Source: Fidelibacterota bacterium (lineage in GTDB: Bacteria > Fidelibacterota > UBA8477 > JABMPR01). Taken from it: 64,000 bases of DNA. Made by a program: the position numbers and the translations under genes. This document shows positions 62,624-64,000 of the stretch, in pieces; positions within the stretch are counted from its first letter, which is position 1, and each line of letters opens with the position of its first letter. A model generated the notes under the pieces. The model had not been told where the DNA came from, ran no database searches, and saw nothing but the letters and a program-made list of their open reading frames with translations. The DNA is taken from assembly GCA_021734325.1 (NCBI GenBank), contig JAIPJF010000006.1:35692-99691 (forward strand), given 5' to 3'.

Positions 62624-62655
62624 TTGAAACCCATGATTTAAATCATGGGTTTCAA
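62624..62655. repeat. tnpA-associated palindrome C3 (perfect 32 bp)
   Basis: TTGAAACCCATGATTT|AAATCATGGGTTTCAA. Confidence 0.8.
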
Positions 62656-62667
62656 GTATCGGAACAA

Positions 62668-62702
62668 AACGCCTTGACGTTATGGCGTTGTGACGCTATC
62701 TT
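62668..62702 (+). promoter_or_regulatory. TA operon promoter with overlapping operator
   Basis: TTGACG (62674)-17 nt-TATCTT (62697); inverted repeat AACGCC/GGCGTT straddles the -35. Confidence 0.65.
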
Positions 62703-62729
62703 CTTCTGAAAATTAAGGAAGGATCAGCC

Positions 62730-62963
62730 ATGAGCAATCTTACAAAACGGGCAACTGTCTACCTCGAGCCCACTATCCATAAAGCTTTACGCATAAAGTC
62801 ATTTCAAACATCTTTATCTATCTCACAATTGATCAATGATGCCCTTCGGGCTGAATTATTGGAAGATATTGAAGATATTGAAGCTTTCACCCAACGTGTG
62901 AATGAGCCCACAGTTGATTACCAGACTTTTGTCCAAGAGCTAAAACGTGATGGCATACTATAG
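62730..62963 (+). CDS. CopG/ribbon-helix-helix type antitoxin
   Basis: KRATVYLEP.IHKALR.K......SIS.LINDA.R..L.ED.ED; overlaps the toxin start. Confidence 0.8.
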   Translation: MSNLTKRATVYLEPTIHKALRIKSFQTSLSISQLINDALRAELLEDIEDIEAFTQRVNEPTVDYQTFVQELKRDGIL

Positions 62964-63207
62964 GGTTGAATTCAAACGCTCTGTTAAAAAGGATCTTAAG
63001 CAATTACCCAAAAGTGATGTTGTCGGGATTCTAAACAAAATTGAAGCCCTCACTGAAAATCCGCGACCCCCTCAATCAAAAAAGTTAATCGGTCTTGATC
63101 TCTATAGATTAAAAGTTGGTCGATACCGGATTCTCTATGAGATTAAAGACCAGATACTGATTATCACGATCATAAAAATTGCTCACAGAAAAGATGTATA
63201 CCACTAG
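62950..63207 (+). CDS. relE: RelE/ParE family type II toxin
   Basis: YRVEFKRSVKKDLKQL, ENPRP, KKL.G..LYRLKVGRYRILYEI, I.HRKDVY. Confidence 0.92.
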   Translation: MAYYRVEFKRSVKKDLKQLPKSDVVGILNKIEALTENPRPPQSKKLIGLDLYRLKVGRYRILYEIKDQILIITIIKIAHRKDVYH

Positions 63208-63261
63208 ATCCAACGATCAACTAAAGCAATTTGACTCGCTTTGGCTTGCCCTGGCTTGTGT

Positions 63262-63291
63262 AATCCAATTTCCGCGTAGCTAAATTGGATT
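63262..63291. repeat. Perfect 10-bp inverted repeat
   Basis: AATCCAATTT-ccgcgtagct-AAATTGGATT. Confidence 0.6.
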
Positions 63292-63308
63292 TGGACAGGT
63301 GACAAGAA

Positions 63309-63357
63309 ACCGTAAAACAGTTTGACTCGCCTTGCTTGTTGAAAACTGTTTTACGGT
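63309..63357. repeat. Perfect 15-bp inverted repeat
   Basis: ACCGTAAAACAGTTT-19 nt-AAACTGTTTTACGGT. Confidence 0.65.
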
Positions 63358-63443
63358 CGGACATAGAAAAAATGTCAATCGGGGGAGCTCTTTCCTATAT
63401 TGGGTGTGATTGTGATGAACCAAAGATGAAAGCCCATTGATCC

Positions 63444-64000
63444 ATGTCAGAAAAAATTCAGCGTGTTAAAGGTGTAAATGATATCCTTCCGGTGGAAGCC
63501 TCCCGCTGGCAATATCTGGAAACAGTTGTCAGCCAGGTGATGGCTCGCTTCGCCTATGGTGAGATTCGACCACCCATCTTTGAAAAGACCGAACTCTTTG
63601 CCCGGAGTGTTGGTGAGGACACGGATATTGTATCCAAGGAGATGTACAGTTTCCAGGATATGAGCGGCACCTCCCTCACCCTGCGTCCTGAGCTCACAGC
63701 TGGCGTGGTCCGAAGCTATATTCAGAACAATCTTCAGCAGATATCTCCAGTGCAGAAATTGTGGTACGAGGGACCCATGTTCCGCCAGGAACGTCCGCAA
63801 AAAGGACGCTATCGTCAATTCTGGCAATTGGGGGCAGAAGCCATCGGGTCTCCCAATCCAGAGCAGGATGTTGAGATCATTGCCCTCTTCCATGCCATCC
63901 TTCAGGAACTTGGTATTGCCGACTCAGTAAGCCTGAAGATCAATAGCGTTGGTGATAGTGAAAGTCGCCAAAGCTATCGAACAGCACTGCAGGATTTTTT
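63444..64000 (+). CDS. hisS: Histidine--tRNA ligase, 5' part (runs off the right edge)
   Basis: MSEKIQRVKGVNDILP, PIFEKTELFARSVG..TDIVSKEMY, LRPELTAG, GPMFRQERPQKGRYRQF. Confidence 0.97.
   Translation, partial: MSEKIQRVKGVNDILPVEASRWQYLETVVSQVMARFAYGEIRPPIFEKTELFARSVGEDTDIVSKEMYSFQDMSGTSLTLRPELTAGVVRSYIQNNLQQISPVQKLWYEGPMFRQERPQKGRYRQFWQLGAEAIGSPNPEQDVEIIALFHAILQELGIADSVSLKINSVGDSESRQSYRTALQDF

Noticed and set aside
61936-62655. Repeated palindromes as a CRISPR array
   Set aside because: There are only three variable copies, irregularly spaced around a transposase, with no repeat-spacer periodicity and no cas genes.
63300-63443. T-box or His attenuator before hisS
   Set aside because: No T-box consensus and no His-codon-rich uORF were found.
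63447-63893. 148-aa minus-strand ORF
   Set aside because: It is antisense to the unmistakable hisS frame.

Overview
A 64-kb, mostly housekeeping stretch of a bacterial chromosome. An FCB-group organism (Marinimicrobia-like) is inferred from four proteins carrying FlgD-Ig/T9SS-type C-terminal domains; this is not a verified taxonomic call. Left to right: ArsR-octaheme (OTR-type)-multiheme cytochrome c module; YtfJ; an orphan histidine kinase; a TetR-MBL-SDR operon; a ZIP transporter; GxxExxY; htpG; HAMP protein + trkH; tRNA-Val(CAC); a shikimate/aromatic operon (tyrA-pheA fusion, aroF, aroA, aroE, aroC, aroK, aroB, marC); a selenium-dependent molybdenum hydroxylase accessory cluster (yqeC-mocA-yqeB-xdhC-hydA); cell-wall hydrolases; a long minus-strand run (mscS to radical SAM); an IS200-type tnpA pseudogene with palindromes; a RelE-type TA pair; and the 5' part of hisS. 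The strongest signals missing from the ORF track are: (1) a 74-aa Rdx-family selenoprotein (CxxU, in-frame TGA, SECIS-like hairpin) at 36350-36574; (2) a 14-aa leader peptide MNWQYTYYFFTRSG with terminator/antiterminator, which appears to make the whole aromatic operon sense Trp, Tyr and Phe; (3) a truncated cytochrome c with at least 7 hemes at 1-1900; (4) two genes that seem to need non-canonical ATA/ATC starts; (5) several families of short palindromic REP-like elements, one flanking the GxxExxY nuclease gene and also present as a solo copy. No CRISPR array or rRNA was seen.
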